A DNA stretch of 41,611 bases from a virus (taxonomy: Duplodnaviria > Caudoviricetes): positions 1-41,611 of the IMG/VR virus record IMGVR_UViG_3300042972_000017, one strand, 5' to 3'. The notes beneath the pieces were generated by a model that saw only the letters and a program-made list of their open reading frames with translations, was not told where the DNA came from and searched no databases. Positions 18,770-28,388 of this stretch are shown piece by piece (the stretch's first letter is position 1; each line of letters opens with the position of its first letter). The position numbers and the translations under genes are program-made.

Positions 18770-19596
18770 ACATTTTTACCAAATTTCCGATTAAATTCCT
18801 CAGCCTCTCGTGCCTTTTCATTTAATTCTGTCAAAGCTCTCCAGCAGTCGATAGCCCCAATCTCTTTTTCCTTGGTGATATCACCGTCTGTCAACGCCCG
18901 TATCTGAGCATTAGCCAGTTTTATAAAACGGACCTGTTCTATCTTACCGTCAGGCACTGGTTTGAAGAAGTCAGAAAACTGCCTTGAGAACATATTCTTC
19001 GCTGATGTATACCAATAAAAGATTGCCGTCTGCTCTGTCCCGTTCAAATTGAATTGCTCCGGAGGTTGGTTATCACTGTCACGGTAGAGAATCCTTCCGA
19101 GACGATTCAAGTACTTTTTGTCTCTTGTTCCCAGGAAGTCCTGATAATTCTTTTCACACATCAGATAATCCGAGAAACAGACACCTCGCAAGAAAACGTC
19201 GACCGCATAATAGCCACGGATATTGTCCAACCTCACATCCAGGCCATCACACGAGCCGACGAAATCAAAATGATGTATCAGGCTCTGGATCTGCCATGTA
19301 GCCAGATTGAAGAAATGCCTCCGTCCCGTATCACCTTTTCTTATATAGCAGCGTGCGCCTCCGGAGATCACCTTATCTACCTCTATCCCTGTAAAGCGCA
19401 TAAACATATAGGTTTTGATCACTGTCAGATCATTAAATGATGACAGCAGGAAGAAAACATACCTCAACTGTTCCTGGTTCAATTCATGCCAGGATTCCGG
19501 TACCTGAAACTCCAGTTTATTTTCAGCCCTGGAAAAAGAAAACTGATGAGTCTTTATTGTTTTCATAAGGTTCATAATGATTCGTCTTGTATGCAT
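18766..19596 (-). CDS. Hypothetical phage protein (possible tail assembly chaperone); start uncertain
   Basis: Long ORF in the operon; C-terminal ALTDGDITKE...W.AL..L helix pattern. Confidence 0.5.
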   Translation of the reverse strand: MHTRRIIMNLMKTIKTHQFSFSRAENKLEFQVPESWHELNQEQLRYVFFLLSSFNDLTVIKTYMFMRFTGIEVDKVISGGARCYIRKGDTGRRHFFNLATWQIQSLIHHFDFVGSCDGLDVRLDNIRGYYAVDVFLRGVCFSDYLMCEKNYQDFLGTRDKKYLNRLGRILYRDSDNQPPEQFNLNGTEQTAIFYWYTSAKNMFSRQFSDFFKPVPDGKIEQVRFIKLANAQIRALTDGDITKEKEIGAIDCWRALTELNEKAREAEEFNRKFGKNV

Positions 19597-20353
19597 TACT
19601 ATTCATATACTCACTGAAATCTTCAGGATGATCTTCCAAGAAATTCATCAAGTCCAGATAAGGTGCATTGCCATTCCTCTGTCCTGATATCTCCAGGCCG
19701 ATTATCCGTCTCATTTTCAGAACAGCCTGCTTCCGGGCATCATTCAGGCTATTTTTACGGATATCATTGAGCAACGAATCCATCTGCTTGTTACTGATCT
19801 TTGACCTCAGAAACGAATCTGCGTTCAAGATATAGGGATGTGCAGAAGACCAGTCTCCAGACGTTCCTTTCATACCTGTATACATCAGAAAATACGCATA
19901 CCGATAGAATACCGTGTCTATCTGAAGTTGGGCACATTCCTCATCTCCCCAACCATCGACTTGAGTCAGTTCCGTCAGCAGGAGGTCCTTCATCCGGAGA
20001 ATATTGACCTTCAGTTCTTCCTCCAGGGCATCCACGCGAGCCTGACTTGCAGGAGCAGTATCTTGAGTGTTGACTACACCGAATCCGGTGGCAGTCAAGA
20101 CAAGGTCAAGGCTTCTCATGTTGTTTTGAAATGCGAATTTGCACGCCAAGTCCTTTGCGAATTTTGAAAGAGGTTCTTTGCCGGACAGGCACACTTCCTT
20201 ACCTTTTTCTCCAAGGATGACGTCTATCATCCATTGCGCATACTGTTCTATAGAAGATGTCAGTATCTCAAACACGTCACTGTTTTTCGTAGTGGCTGCC
20301 GGTACTGCAGACTCAAAGTCTTCCTGGCTAATTTTCAGTTCCGTTATTTCCAT
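19523..20353 (-). CDS. Head-tail adaptor-like protein (DUF6712-like)
   Basis: Follows the portal; LDLVLTATGFGVV...APAS motif. Confidence 0.55.
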   Translation of the reverse strand: MEITELKISQEDFESAVPAATTKNSDVFEILTSSIEQYAQWMIDVILGEKGKEVCLSGKEPLSKFAKDLACKFAFQNNMRSLDLVLTATGFGVVNTQDTAPASQARVDALEEELKVNILRMKDLLLTELTQVDGWGDEECAQLQIDTVFYRYAYFLMYTGMKGTSGDWSSAHPYILNADSFLRSKISNKQMDSLLNDIRKNSLNDARKQAVLKMRRIIGLEISGQRNGNAPYLDLMNFLEDHPEDFSEYMNSNAYKTNHYEPYENNKDSSVFFFQG

Positions 20354-21791
20354 TTGGATCCGGTTTTACAGTTTTAGTTTCCTTGTTTTCGTCCAAAGTA
20401 GTCAGAATAATCATCGGTACATCTACATCCACTTTCTTATTCCAACCATTAAAATAGATAAGCACCCGGAATGGTTCCAAGAGAACATCATGGAAAGCCG
20501 TTTCCGTGGCTTGTTTCAAGAGAAAAAGTTCACGTTTGTCAGAACCTGAATTATTCATGGATGATTTTCCCGGTGTCGCCCCGACCAGATTAGGATGTAC
20601 ATTATCTCCATAACACAGAGAGTTGGATGCTTCCTGGACATCATCACTCCAGTCGCCACCTTCTTTTTTGCCTTGCTCTATATCATAGATTCTGACCATC
20701 CTCACATCCTTACCGCTCGCAGGATCCACATAGTAACCCGTCACCCACGTCTTGCCAATATTCACATTGCCACTGATAAACGCCTCGATATTGTGCTTCT
20801 CAAGTTTTATCCTGGCTTGTCTTTTCTCCGGATCAGTGATGCCCTCCTGATCACAGAGATTATCCCAATAATCTTTGTGTACTTCAACTTGAAACCTCGG
20901 AGGGGCAGAGTTACGGATCTTTGCCCTTTTGCCTTTACCGATCAACTCATAGATATCATACCAGGAATCTCTGAAGATTGCCGAATAGAATGGAATCGGA
21001 TAATACTGAAAACCTGGCGTTGGAAAACGAGTCAGGATGGCAAACTTGCGATTACGTGTCGCCCTCCCGAAAGGATCACTGGCAGCAGGCTTGCGTACTC
21101 GTCCTGTCTTGGGATCAGGCACCAGTCCCAGGCGCACCTGCAGATCACCGTACGGATCAGTCTCATCCAGCAGAGGTATGACCTCGATATCATCATCATT
21201 GACAAAGTTCCGCCAATTAGCATAGAACACATGTCCGATATGTCCCAGTTTATCCGCCTTTTCAAAACGTACATAACAACTTTCCTTATGTCTCATCTGC
21301 ACGATCCGCAGCCCTTCATTGTCAAGGATAATGCAGGTTACTGTGAAGTAGAAGTACTTCATATCCATGGCTTGCTCTACAAAAAAGCGGTTAAGTTGGT
21401 TTCTGAAAGCAAATGTCTGTATCTCCTCATCATCCGTTTTTTGAAGGGTTTTCCGGTCAAAGAACCTGATACCTTGCCCGTAGCAAGTAAGAACATTGAA
21501 GAGTTTGTTCTGTGCCATGACCATATTCTCACCGACTTTCCCGATGATATGGAAGGGCAGTTGGTCATCCATTCCAAAAGGTACATACGTATAAGACCGA
21601 TTGCCCTGATGGATATTCTTATAAGTCTGAGTCCCGTCATCTCCATCAAAGATCTCAGATGAATTCTCAGAATACTCAGCATTCGCCGACTCCTGCTTGG
21701 AATTGACGAACCCTACCCCTCCAATGGCATAGATCTCTTTGTCACCTTTCCTGCCTACATATTTCATTTTCGCATTTTCCGACTTGTTCAT
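20328..21791 (-). CDS. Phage portal protein
   Basis: ~487 aa from MNKSEN; YVPFG.DDQLP, PTPG..YYP.P.Y, VHPNLVGATPG and SGSDKRE motifs. Confidence 0.8.
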   Translation of the reverse strand: MNKSENAKMKYVGRKGDKEIYAIGGVGFVNSKQESANAEYSENSSEIFDGDDGTQTYKNIHQGNRSYTYVPFGMDDQLPFHIIGKVGENMVMAQNKLFNVLTCYGQGIRFFDRKTLQKTDDEEIQTFAFRNQLNRFFVEQAMDMKYFYFTVTCIILDNEGLRIVQMRHKESCYVRFEKADKLGHIGHVFYANWRNFVNDDDIEVIPLLDETDPYGDLQVRLGLVPDPKTGRVRKPAASDPFGRATRNRKFAILTRFPTPGFQYYPIPFYSAIFRDSWYDIYELIGKGKRAKIRNSAPPRFQVEVHKDYWDNLCDQEGITDPEKRQARIKLEKHNIEAFISGNVNIGKTWVTGYYVDPASGKDVRMVRIYDIEQGKKEGGDWSDDVQEASNSLCYGDNVHPNLVGATPGKSSMNNSGSDKRELFLLKQATETAFHDVLLEPFRVLIYFNGWNKKVDVDVPMIILTTLDENKETKTVKPDPNGNNGTEN

Positions 21792-21792
21792 A

Positions 21793-22053
21793 TCACAGAT
21801 AAATTTCGTGTCCCATAAATTCAAAGATACAGATATCCCTCACCATCCGGATCTGGCCATTGTCAGGATTCAGCAGACGATGAGTTCCACCCCTCCAATG
21901 ACTGCCTTTTACCAGCCATCCATTATAGTCAATGATATTCCCGGTGTTGATCTCCCAACATCTCAGATTGACGGTCTGGCTCCTGATCCTTGCGATATCC
22001 AAACTTTTCCGCATCACATTGATGTGTATAGGCCGTAAATATTTTTTCTCCAT
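21793..22053 (-). CDS. Small conserved phage protein upstream of the portal
   Basis: 86 aa, ends 1 bp before the portal start. Confidence 0.7.
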   Translation of the reverse strand: MEKKYLRPIHINVMRKSLDIARIRSQTVNLRCWEINTGNIIDYNGWLVKGSHWRGGTHRLLNPDNGQIRMVRDICIFEFMGHEIYL

Positions 22054-22064
22054 TATCTCAAGAA

Positions 22065-23126
22065 TTAATCAAAAGTGTTATCAAACGTATTATCGAATAC
22101 CCTACCTGACCGGTTGATATCCACTACATTATGATTCGACTGACTGTACTGATAATCAAAAGTAAACTTAGACATAGCACTGTCATCATTGCTTATCTCG
22201 CTTTTCGAATCACTCAGAGTTATCTCCTTGCCCACTTGTGGTACTCCGTTATATATATTGACTAATCGGACATAGTCAGACCTGAACAATTCATCAGCCC
22301 AATTCTGCATGGCAACATTGAGATATCCGGTATCTGCGCTGAACTTACGCTTTTCCTCAATTTTGATATTCTTCAAATTACCATTGACAACTGCCGTTGT
22401 CCGAGTGTAAGAAGGAGAGACTTGATGCCGGCCCGTACAATACAGCAATTCCTCCACTCCAAAAGAATTCACAAACAAGAGTATCGGTGCTGCATCCGGT
22501 TGTTCAGGATCCATATCAAATTCCTGTTTTCTGTTGCCTGCAATAGCCGTAAACCTGACAAGCGTCTTTCCCGCAGAAAGAAATCTTGAAGGAGAAACAT
22601 CTATAGTCGTATATTTGTCATTTCCCTGAACTGCAGGAGGAACGAATGTCGCAGTAGTCCCGTCACTATAATCCGCCAGCACAGAAGCATCATCCTTTGA
22701 CAGATAATGAAGGAATTCCAGGCGCCCAGGAGCTGATATTTTAGGACCAAGAAGTACAGACAGAAAATGATTGTCACAGAAATCAGAGACATTCACCTGG
22801 ACATTCCCTGTTTGGAAATCCGCCCTACAATAAATGACAGAAGCAGTAACCTCCGATGAAAAAATGATATTATCAGCATCATCCATCTCGCTGATCTTGA
22901 TATCCAAAGTGATGATCAGGCCCTGCCGGGCATAAGGTGTCAGCAGATCCGTCAGGTCTGACAATGTAATTTTGCTGTCAACGGGAAAAAGAATTTCATT
23001 GTATATTTCTTCAGATCCATCAACAGACATCTGCACACCCGCCTTTACACCGGATATAGAGAACTCTACGTCAGGTATATTTGATGAAAAATATTTTCCG
23101 GAAAGGTTTTTTATTATTGTAATCAT
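22065..23126 (-). CDS. Phage structural protein
   Basis: Start MITIIKN lies downstream of the promoter; LFVNSFGVEE motif; C-terminal FDNTFDNTFD repeat. Confidence 0.6.
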   Translation of the reverse strand: MITIIKNLSGKYFSSNIPDVEFSISGVKAGVQMSVDGSEEIYNEILFPVDSKITLSDLTDLLTPYARQGLIITLDIKISEMDDADNIIFSSEVTASVIYCRADFQTGNVQVNVSDFCDNHFLSVLLGPKISAPGRLEFLHYLSKDDASVLADYSDGTTATFVPPAVQGNDKYTTIDVSPSRFLSAGKTLVRFTAIAGNRKQEFDMDPEQPDAAPILLFVNSFGVEELLYCTGRHQVSPSYTRTTAVVNGNLKNIKIEEKRKFSADTGYLNVAMQNWADELFRSDYVRLVNIYNGVPQVGKEITLSDSKSEISNDDSAMSKFTFDYQYSQSNHNVVDINRSGRVFDNTFDNTFD

Positions 23127-23147
23127 TTGCCTTGATCTTAACAAGAG

Positions 23148-23182
23148 CAAAGATAAGATGAGATATATAGCAATAAAAATAC
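23148..23182 (-). promoter_or_regulatory. Promoter GTATTTTT-N19-TATCTTTG for the portal/neck operon
   Basis: -7 box at 23148-23155; upstream box at 23175-23182. Confidence 0.65.
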
Positions 23183-23232
23183 AGTAGCCTGCCAAAGCAA
23201 ACTACCGTAAATTTAAGGAAGGAAAGTCAAGG

Positions 23233-23490
23233 TCATTTCATCCTATAAATCATCCAAAACGGAGATCCGTCTTCCCTCGTCTTCAGTACATATCCATTCT
23301 TCAGCATATAGTCAACGATGACACTATCCTTGATCTCAAGGATCGGCTGAAGGTCATCCTGAATCTCAGTTGTAGTCTTATCCTCTTCGAAATATACCAT
23401 GCCATTCACGTTAGAATTGTTGGCACGAGTAGAGAAATAAGAATCCAGGACTTGCTCCTCACTTTTGGTTGCTTCGTATTTCTGTCCCAT
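23233..23490 (-). CDS. Small hypothetical protein (possible winged helix)
   Basis: 85 aa, last gene of a tightly packed four-gene operon. Confidence 0.65.
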   Translation of the reverse strand: MGQKYEATKSEEQVLDSYFSTRANNSNVNGMVYFEEDKTTTEIQDDLQPILEIKDSVIVDYMLKNGYVLKTREDGSPFWMIYRMK

Positions 23491-23491
23491 A

Positions 23492-23710
23492 TCACATTGC
23501 TTCTAAAATTGTCCTTAATCTTCGACTCATCCTGTGGAAAGCTCTTACAAAGTCCAACGTTTCGGCGTCATTCCACGGCTCATCGTCCAGGATCTTATCA
23601 ATAGTGTCATCTATCAGTTGCACATCCATTGACAAATCTTCCTTATTGCATATTTCAGAAATTGCACGAAGGGCATTTGCATTCAATTCTATCTTCATTT
23701 TACCCTCCAT
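23492..23710 (-). CDS. Small hypothetical protein
   Basis: 72 aa, 1-2 bp spacing to neighbours. Confidence 0.6.
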   Translation of the reverse strand: MEGKMKIELNANALRAISEICNKEDLSMDVQLIDDTIDKILDDEPWNDAETLDFVRAFHRMSRRLRTILEAM

Positions 23711-23712
23711 CT

Positions 23713-24048
23713 TTAAAAGATATTATTAATTGATGAGTTCTCAATCCTCCTAACATCAACAAGATCGATAGTGAGTAAAATGTTTTCCGGATGATAGGCT
23801 TGATAAATCGAAATCCGGTATTCCGCTCCATCCTCAGTGATCCCAGTATTATCAAAGTGTACCTCCAAGGGCTTATTTTCGAAATCAAGATTGGCACATC
23901 TGACTCTGAGATCCTCTAGCAGTTTAAGCAGAGACTCTTTGTCCAACACTACCAAGGCATATTCTTTTGCATACGCTTGTATTTCACGTAATTTCTCATT
24001 GGGACAATGATACATCTGATTATCTTTTACGAAATACCAACTTTTCAT
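23713..24048 (-). CDS. Hypothetical protein
   Basis: Start MKSWYF overlaps the upstream stop (ATGA). Confidence 0.6.
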   Translation of the reverse strand: MKSWYFVKDNQMYHCPNEKLREIQAYAKEYALVVLDKESLLKLLEDLRVRCANLDFENKPLEVHFDNTGITEDGAEYRISIYQAYHPENILLTIDLVDVRRIENSSINNIF

Positions 24049-24347
24049 TTTCCACCTCCTTTCTGATTTAGCCGATAGACGATCCATGCTGAAATCACAC
24101 CGGAAATACATGCTGCCAATGGCGCATACATCACCGTAACGGCAGCAATAACTAGCAAAAGTGGTAGAATGATTCCGATACGGATAGCCATAAGCCACGA
24201 TACCGGATAGCCAGCAATACGGCTATAGATTTCTGATTTTGAGTTAAGCCAAGTCTTAACAGATTTTTTCGCATAAGAGATTTTCTCTGAAAGCAGAGAG
24301 GGAGCATGCGAATACTCCGAAAACTGGATGGATTTTTGATTTTCCAT
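24045..24347 (-). CDS. Small membrane protein, first gene after the structured leader
   Basis: Start MENQKS; two hydrophobic segments at the C-terminus. Confidence 0.6.
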   Translation of the reverse strand: MENQKSIQFSEYSHAPSLLSEKISYAKKSVKTWLNSKSEIYSRIAGYPVSWLMAIRIGIILPLLLVIAAVTVMYAPLAACISGVISAWIVYRLNQKGGGK

Positions 24348-24402
24348 ATTGCACTGTTTGTTTGCATGCCAGAAAACAGTCCGGCGCTGAGGGCAAAAGA
24401 AA

Positions 24403-24476
24403 GCGGTTGCACATCCCGCTGCAAACAAACAGTGACTTCACCCGAAGGCTAATCAAGTTTACGAGATGGCAACCGC
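24403..24476 (-). ncRNA. Putative C4/CI-like antisense RNA
   Basis: GCGGTTGC/GCAACCGC closing stem, internal CUUCGG hairpin, and a 16-nt segment complementary to boxes upstream and downstream in the same transcript. Confidence 0.55.
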
Positions 24477-24576
24477 CAATATCTTGAGTAAAAGGGCATA
24501 AAAAAAGCCCATCTAATCTAATGGACAATGTCTGATGTCCTCCAGAGTGAATACATTCACTGTTTGTTTGCAAGAG

Positions 24577-24607
24577 CAAAGATAAGAATAAGTTTTAAAA
24601 CTGCAAA
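24577..24607 (-). promoter_or_regulatory. Canonical Bacteroidetes sigma-A promoter
   Basis: TTTG (24604-24607)-N19-TATCTTTG (24577-24584). Confidence 0.7.
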
Positions 24608-24634
24608 GAAAAAGGCGAGAATTTTTCTCGCCTT
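24606..24634 (-). terminator. Intrinsic terminator
   Basis: AAGGCGAGAA/TTCTCGCCTT stem with a T tract, after the 185-aa gene. Confidence 0.75.
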
Positions 24635-24641
24635 CAAAGAA

Positions 24642-25199
24642 TTACCAATTTTCTTCAGTAGTACTTCCGTGCATGTCTTTTTTAAAACCATTTAGAAAAG
24701 TATATAGATCATGCAGTAACCACTTTTGGGATCTAACTCCTCTTGTTATATCATATTCACCTCGGTCTTCAATAGTAAAGTAAGTGCGATTAACAAACCT
24801 AACCAATTCCGGCTCGACGATTAATACAATATTATTAATCGTCATTCTATATCTGCCATCCTTGAATTGTAACTCAACGGTTCCATTTAGGGATTCTTCT
24901 AGTTGACCTTTAAAGACGATTTGGGAGGGAGCGACCTGTGATTTAATAACCTTTTCTGGGTTCTTGTATGTCCTTCCAATCCAAGCGAGGGCTTTATTGT
25001 ATAAAGATTGAGCTGATTGCCCTTTGATAGTGTCAACCCTAATTATATTATACAAACCATCAATAACCTTAACATGGCAGTCTGTCATAACAGAATCAGG
25101 ATTAGGATCATGTGTCTCCCAATATCTTGGCTCATCATCTTTAGCCTGAATTGTTGCACACATCAAAAACATTCCCAGGACAAATAAAATTTTCTTCAT
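24642..25199 (-). CDS. Secreted DUF4468-like protein (moron)
   Basis: Signal peptide MKKILFVLGMFLMCATIQA; SAQSLYNKALAW...FKDGRYR motif; own -7 box TACCTTTG at 25234-25241 and own terminator. Confidence 0.65.
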   Translation of the reverse strand: MKKILFVLGMFLMCATIQAKDDEPRYWETHDPNPDSVMTDCHVKVIDGLYNIIRVDTIKGQSAQSLYNKALAWIGRTYKNPEKVIKSQVAPSQIVFKGQLEESLNGTVELQFKDGRYRMTINNIVLIVEPELVRFVNRTYFTIEDRGEYDITRGVRSQKWLLHDLYTFLNGFKKDMHGSTTEENW

Positions 25200-25275
25200 A
25201 AGAATTTTATATTAAATTAGACTATTGTTAGTGCAAAGGTAGAAAATAATTATATAATATTTGCCAATTTTACAT

Positions 25276-25308
25276 AAAAAAGCCTCCGATACATGTGTAT
25301 CAGAGGCT
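25276..25308 (-). terminator. Intrinsic terminator ending the Dam-ParB-nuclease operon
   Basis: AGCCTC.GATAC atgt GTATC.GAGGCT stem followed by T6 on the minus strand. Confidence 0.75.
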
Positions 25309-25367
25309 GTTTTATTATAAATGTTTATAATATGGAACACTTGATTTCTATCTTTATTTAAATGAAC

Positions 25368-26303
25368 TTATAACTTGTATTTTTGCTTAATATATAGATT
25401 CCAACTTCTTATATCAGAAAATAAATTTTCTGGCAGTTTTTGGGGTAGAAATTCCATTATTCTACGTCTATCAAACATTATTCCTGCACTGCGAGTTCGT
25501 TCTTCCCATTTTTCTTTGGCTTCAGAAATAGAGTCCGCTAAAAAAAATAATCTTGCTGGGGGATGAATTGGAGTATAATCTGAATAATTTCCAAAGAAAT
25601 TAGAAGGTTGCAATTCAGAGAGTTTGTCTTCCCAAGATGTTCCCGTTTTACATTGACCAAAACCAATAAACATAGAATCTCGACAATCTGAAAAAGGGGT
25701 CCAAACTAATATATCTAACTTGCCATCTTTTTGCTGTCCGGTACTACCCTGTGGTTCGTGCATGTGTGCATTAAAATTCAAGCAATCAAACATCTTCTCC
25801 ACTTTGCTCTTAAAGTTCATACCTTCAGACGTACCAAAGACCATCGTTTTAGATCTATTTCCGAAATACGACTGAGCTACTAATTCTGACAATTTTTCAA
25901 ATAGCAAAGTTGCATATTTCTTAGGAGAACCAAAACCATTATCCTTGTTCATATTAGCTCTCGTTGCAAAAAGAAGATATAAATAGCAATCTTTAACCTC
26001 TGAACTACATTCAGAATCAATTTCTAGCAGAGTATCATCTTTTATTTCAAAAGGATAATGACCGCCACAATCATTTAGTCGTCGTTTAAGTTCTGCGAAA
26101 ACTTCTGTCAACTTATTATATAAGTTATCATCATTATCATTGACACCATCATAACTAAATTCATCAGATTCGATTGCCATTATTTTTCTTGCTGATTCTA
26201 AAGAAAAGCTTTCTCCTGACGAAAAAAAACATTTCAACTCTATGAAATCTGCAATCTCAGAAAGATTATCATTAATGGTCGGTATATTTCCTAACTGATA
26301 CAT
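25368..26303 (-). CDS. PD-(D/E)xK restriction-endonuclease-fold protein (Mrr-like QxK variant)
   Basis: LFEKLS...KDGKLDILVW...FGQCKTG motif series. Confidence 0.65.
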   Translation of the reverse strand: MYQLGNIPTINDNLSEIADFIELKCFFSSGESFSLESARKIMAIESDEFSYDGVNDNDDNLYNKLTEVFAELKRRLNDCGGHYPFEIKDDTLLEIDSECSSEVKDCYLYLLFATRANMNKDNGFGSPKKYATLLFEKLSELVAQSYFGNRSKTMVFGTSEGMNFKSKVEKMFDCLNFNAHMHEPQGSTGQQKDGKLDILVWTPFSDCRDSMFIGFGQCKTGTSWEDKLSELQPSNFFGNYSDYTPIHPPARLFFLADSISEAKEKWEERTRSAGIMFDRRRIMEFLPQKLPENLFSDIRSWNLYIKQKYKL

Positions 26304-26315
26304 TTCCTAAAAAGT

Positions 26316-27425
26316 TTATTCAGCCATCCTCTTCGACTTTTGAGGATTCGACTCAGAGTGTTTCTTATCAAAAGTATCATATAAATTATCCGCCGAATTA
26401 GCGATAGTACCAGCTATTCTTAAGGTTTCTTCATCTCCATTATAATATGAGGAATTAGCTAATGCCTTTTGTATAGCCATCTTTGCCCTTATTAATGAAG
26501 TCATTAGAATTTCAGAGCCGCCACGCGCGATTTCATAAGCTTCGTTAAGGGTCGAACCATCCTGCAAGGCTACTGTAGCTTCTTTACTTGCAAGAACAGC
26601 ATCTAGGTAACGTAAATCCGGATTCTGAGTTTTAATAACTGGTTGTATATTTTCAGAGTGGACTCCATATAGCCACGTCATTACATTTTGGAGATTCTCT
26701 TTCTTTTCGCTTGGAATCAAAATACTTCCATCATCATGTAATTCCAATCCTAAATATTTCTTAAAGCTCTCATATCCAATAGCCGTATATAGATGGGAAA
26801 AAAATATTCTTCCAGAATAGGTATTATTAGACTGAAAAGAAGTATACCGCTCTGCCTCTTTAATAACCATCAAACCTTGATATAACTTCTTAACCGTATT
26901 ATTAGCATCACCTATCTGCTCTGCAATTTCATCAAGTGATTTTCCATATCTATCGTGAACAGAAGCAATATATTGAGCTTTTGCATACGAACCCCATTTC
27001 GCAGCACCATTCACATGCTTAAATCCGATATACCTCCACGCCTCCTCACGATTTCTCAAAACGATAACAGGAATACCTTGATTTAAGACATTTACTTTTT
27101 CTTGAGTAATTTTAGGAACAAATTTTTCCATCCTAGATTTCTCAACCATATCAGGATGTAAAATAGATTTTACGGCTGCTAAGCGCCGATTTCCTTCAAC
27201 AACAATAAATTTTCCATTTTCCTGCACTGCAAATATAGGTTCATGTTCAAAAAATCCATGAGCTAATATTGACATTACTATTTCATCAACCGCCATAAAT
27301 GCCCATAAGATATTTAATATCTCATTTTCGGGTGTTGCAGAAGTTATATGGAATTCAACAAGACGTGGATTTTCTATATCAAAATATAAATTATCTACAC
27401 GGTAACTTCCTAAATTATTTTCCAT
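26316..27425 (-). CDS. ParB/Srx-like N-terminal domain protein
   Basis: LYFDIENPRL, SILAHGF..HEPI and VVEGNRRLAAVK motifs; HTH-like SLDEIAEQIG. Confidence 0.8.
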   Translation of the reverse strand: MENNLGSYRVDNLYFDIENPRLVEFHITSATPENEILNILWAFMAVDEIVMSILAHGFFEHEPIFAVQENGKFIVVEGNRRLAAVKSILHPDMVEKSRMEKFVPKITQEKVNVLNQGIPVIVLRNREEAWRYIGFKHVNGAAKWGSYAKAQYIASVHDRYGKSLDEIAEQIGDANNTVKKLYQGLMVIKEAERYTSFQSNNTYSGRIFFSHLYTAIGYESFKKYLGLELHDDGSILIPSEKKENLQNVMTWLYGVHSENIQPVIKTQNPDLRYLDAVLASKEATVALQDGSTLNEAYEIARGGSEILMTSLIRAKMAIQKALANSSYYNGDEETLRIAGTIANSADNLYDTFDKKHSESNPQKSKRMAE

Positions 27426-27455
27426 TATTTCTTTCTATTATGAAATATAATTAAA

Positions 27456-28388
27456 TTAACAAAGACCTTTAGAAACTACAGATTCTTTGTTTTTATAATT
27501 TATTTTTTCTATAGGAATACGACTATTTTCTCTTGATATACTCATAGACGATGGCATAATTAGATTTCTTGAATGAGTAAGTAATTCCTTTCCTATTTTT
27601 ATTCTTTGAGCAGTATAGTTCAGAGCAAATGTATATAAATCAAAACACGAATACATATTACGGATTTCAGGGACGTTGTCATACGATAAGATCCACCTAA
27701 ACTTCGTAGTCGCCTTTAAATATTCAGCCAGAATCTGGTGATTGGACCGTTTATAGTAGTCAAGATAAAGAGATTTTCCCTTTTCATAATATGGAGGATC
27801 CAAGTAAACAAAATGGTTCTTTCCTTTTAGGTCTTTTAGAAATTTAATTGCATCCTTATTCGTTACAACAATATGGGATTTTTTTCTCCCTATATCTTCC
27901 ACACGCTTTGCCAAATTCCGTTTATTAAAACGGCAATCGATCTTATAAGTAGCTTTATCCTGCTGCTCTAGCGAAGAACCGCCGATAGGTCCTGCGTTCA
28001 GAATACCGGAACGATTTGTACGAGAAAGAAAGAATGTTGCAAATGCAAGTTCAAAACTTGGTGTTTTACAACATTTAACAATAGAATGCATTTTTTTCCA
28101 TTCTTCGAGAGTTACATCACAATCTTGTATAGCATCAATAAATCGCTGATTTTCCTCTTTAACATACTTCCAAAAAGAATAAATAGATACACTTGCATCA
28201 TTTATTAGTATCCGACTAACGTAGCCACCAAGCAAAAGATTAATTGCAGCACCAGCACCACCGGCATAGGGTTCCGCATAAGTAATGTCGCTCATATCAT
28301 TGGTCTTAAAAAGATCAATGAAAAAAGGTGTCATCAACGACTTACCCCCAGGATATCTAAGTGGTGTTCTACTTACCATACATGTCAT
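27456..28388 (-). CDS. DNA adenine methyltransferase (D12 class, Dam-like)
   Basis: PLRYPGGKS, EPYAGGAG (SAM binding) and YLDPPY (catalytic) motifs; -7 box TACCTTTG at 28404-28411. Confidence 0.93.
   Translation of the reverse strand: MTCMVSRTPLRYPGGKSLMTPFFIDLFKTNDMSDITYAEPYAGGAGAAINLLLGGYVSRILINDASVSIYSFWKYVKEENQRFIDAIQDCDVTLEEWKKMHSIVKCCKTPSFELAFATFFLSRTNRSGILNAGPIGGSSLEQQDKATYKIDCRFNKRNLAKRVEDIGRKKSHIVVTNKDAIKFLKDLKGKNHFVYLDPPYYEKGKSLYLDYYKRSNHQILAEYLKATTKFRWILSYDNVPEIRNMYSCFDLYTFALNYTAQRIKIGKELLTHSRNLIMPSSMSISRENSRIPIEKINYKNKESVVSKGLC

Noticed and set aside
19523-19596. Programmed frameshift at the overlap of two neck-region genes
   Set aside because: T-rich, but no proper X XXY YYZ heptamer, and in-frame ATGs are available
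20595-21662. 355-aa plus-strand ORF
   Set aside because: Fully antisense to the portal gene with no recognisable motifs; shadow ORF
23127-23195. Hydrophobic N-terminal extension of the 376-aa ORF that looks like a signal peptide
   Set aside because: It spans the promoter boxes; the true start is more likely 23126
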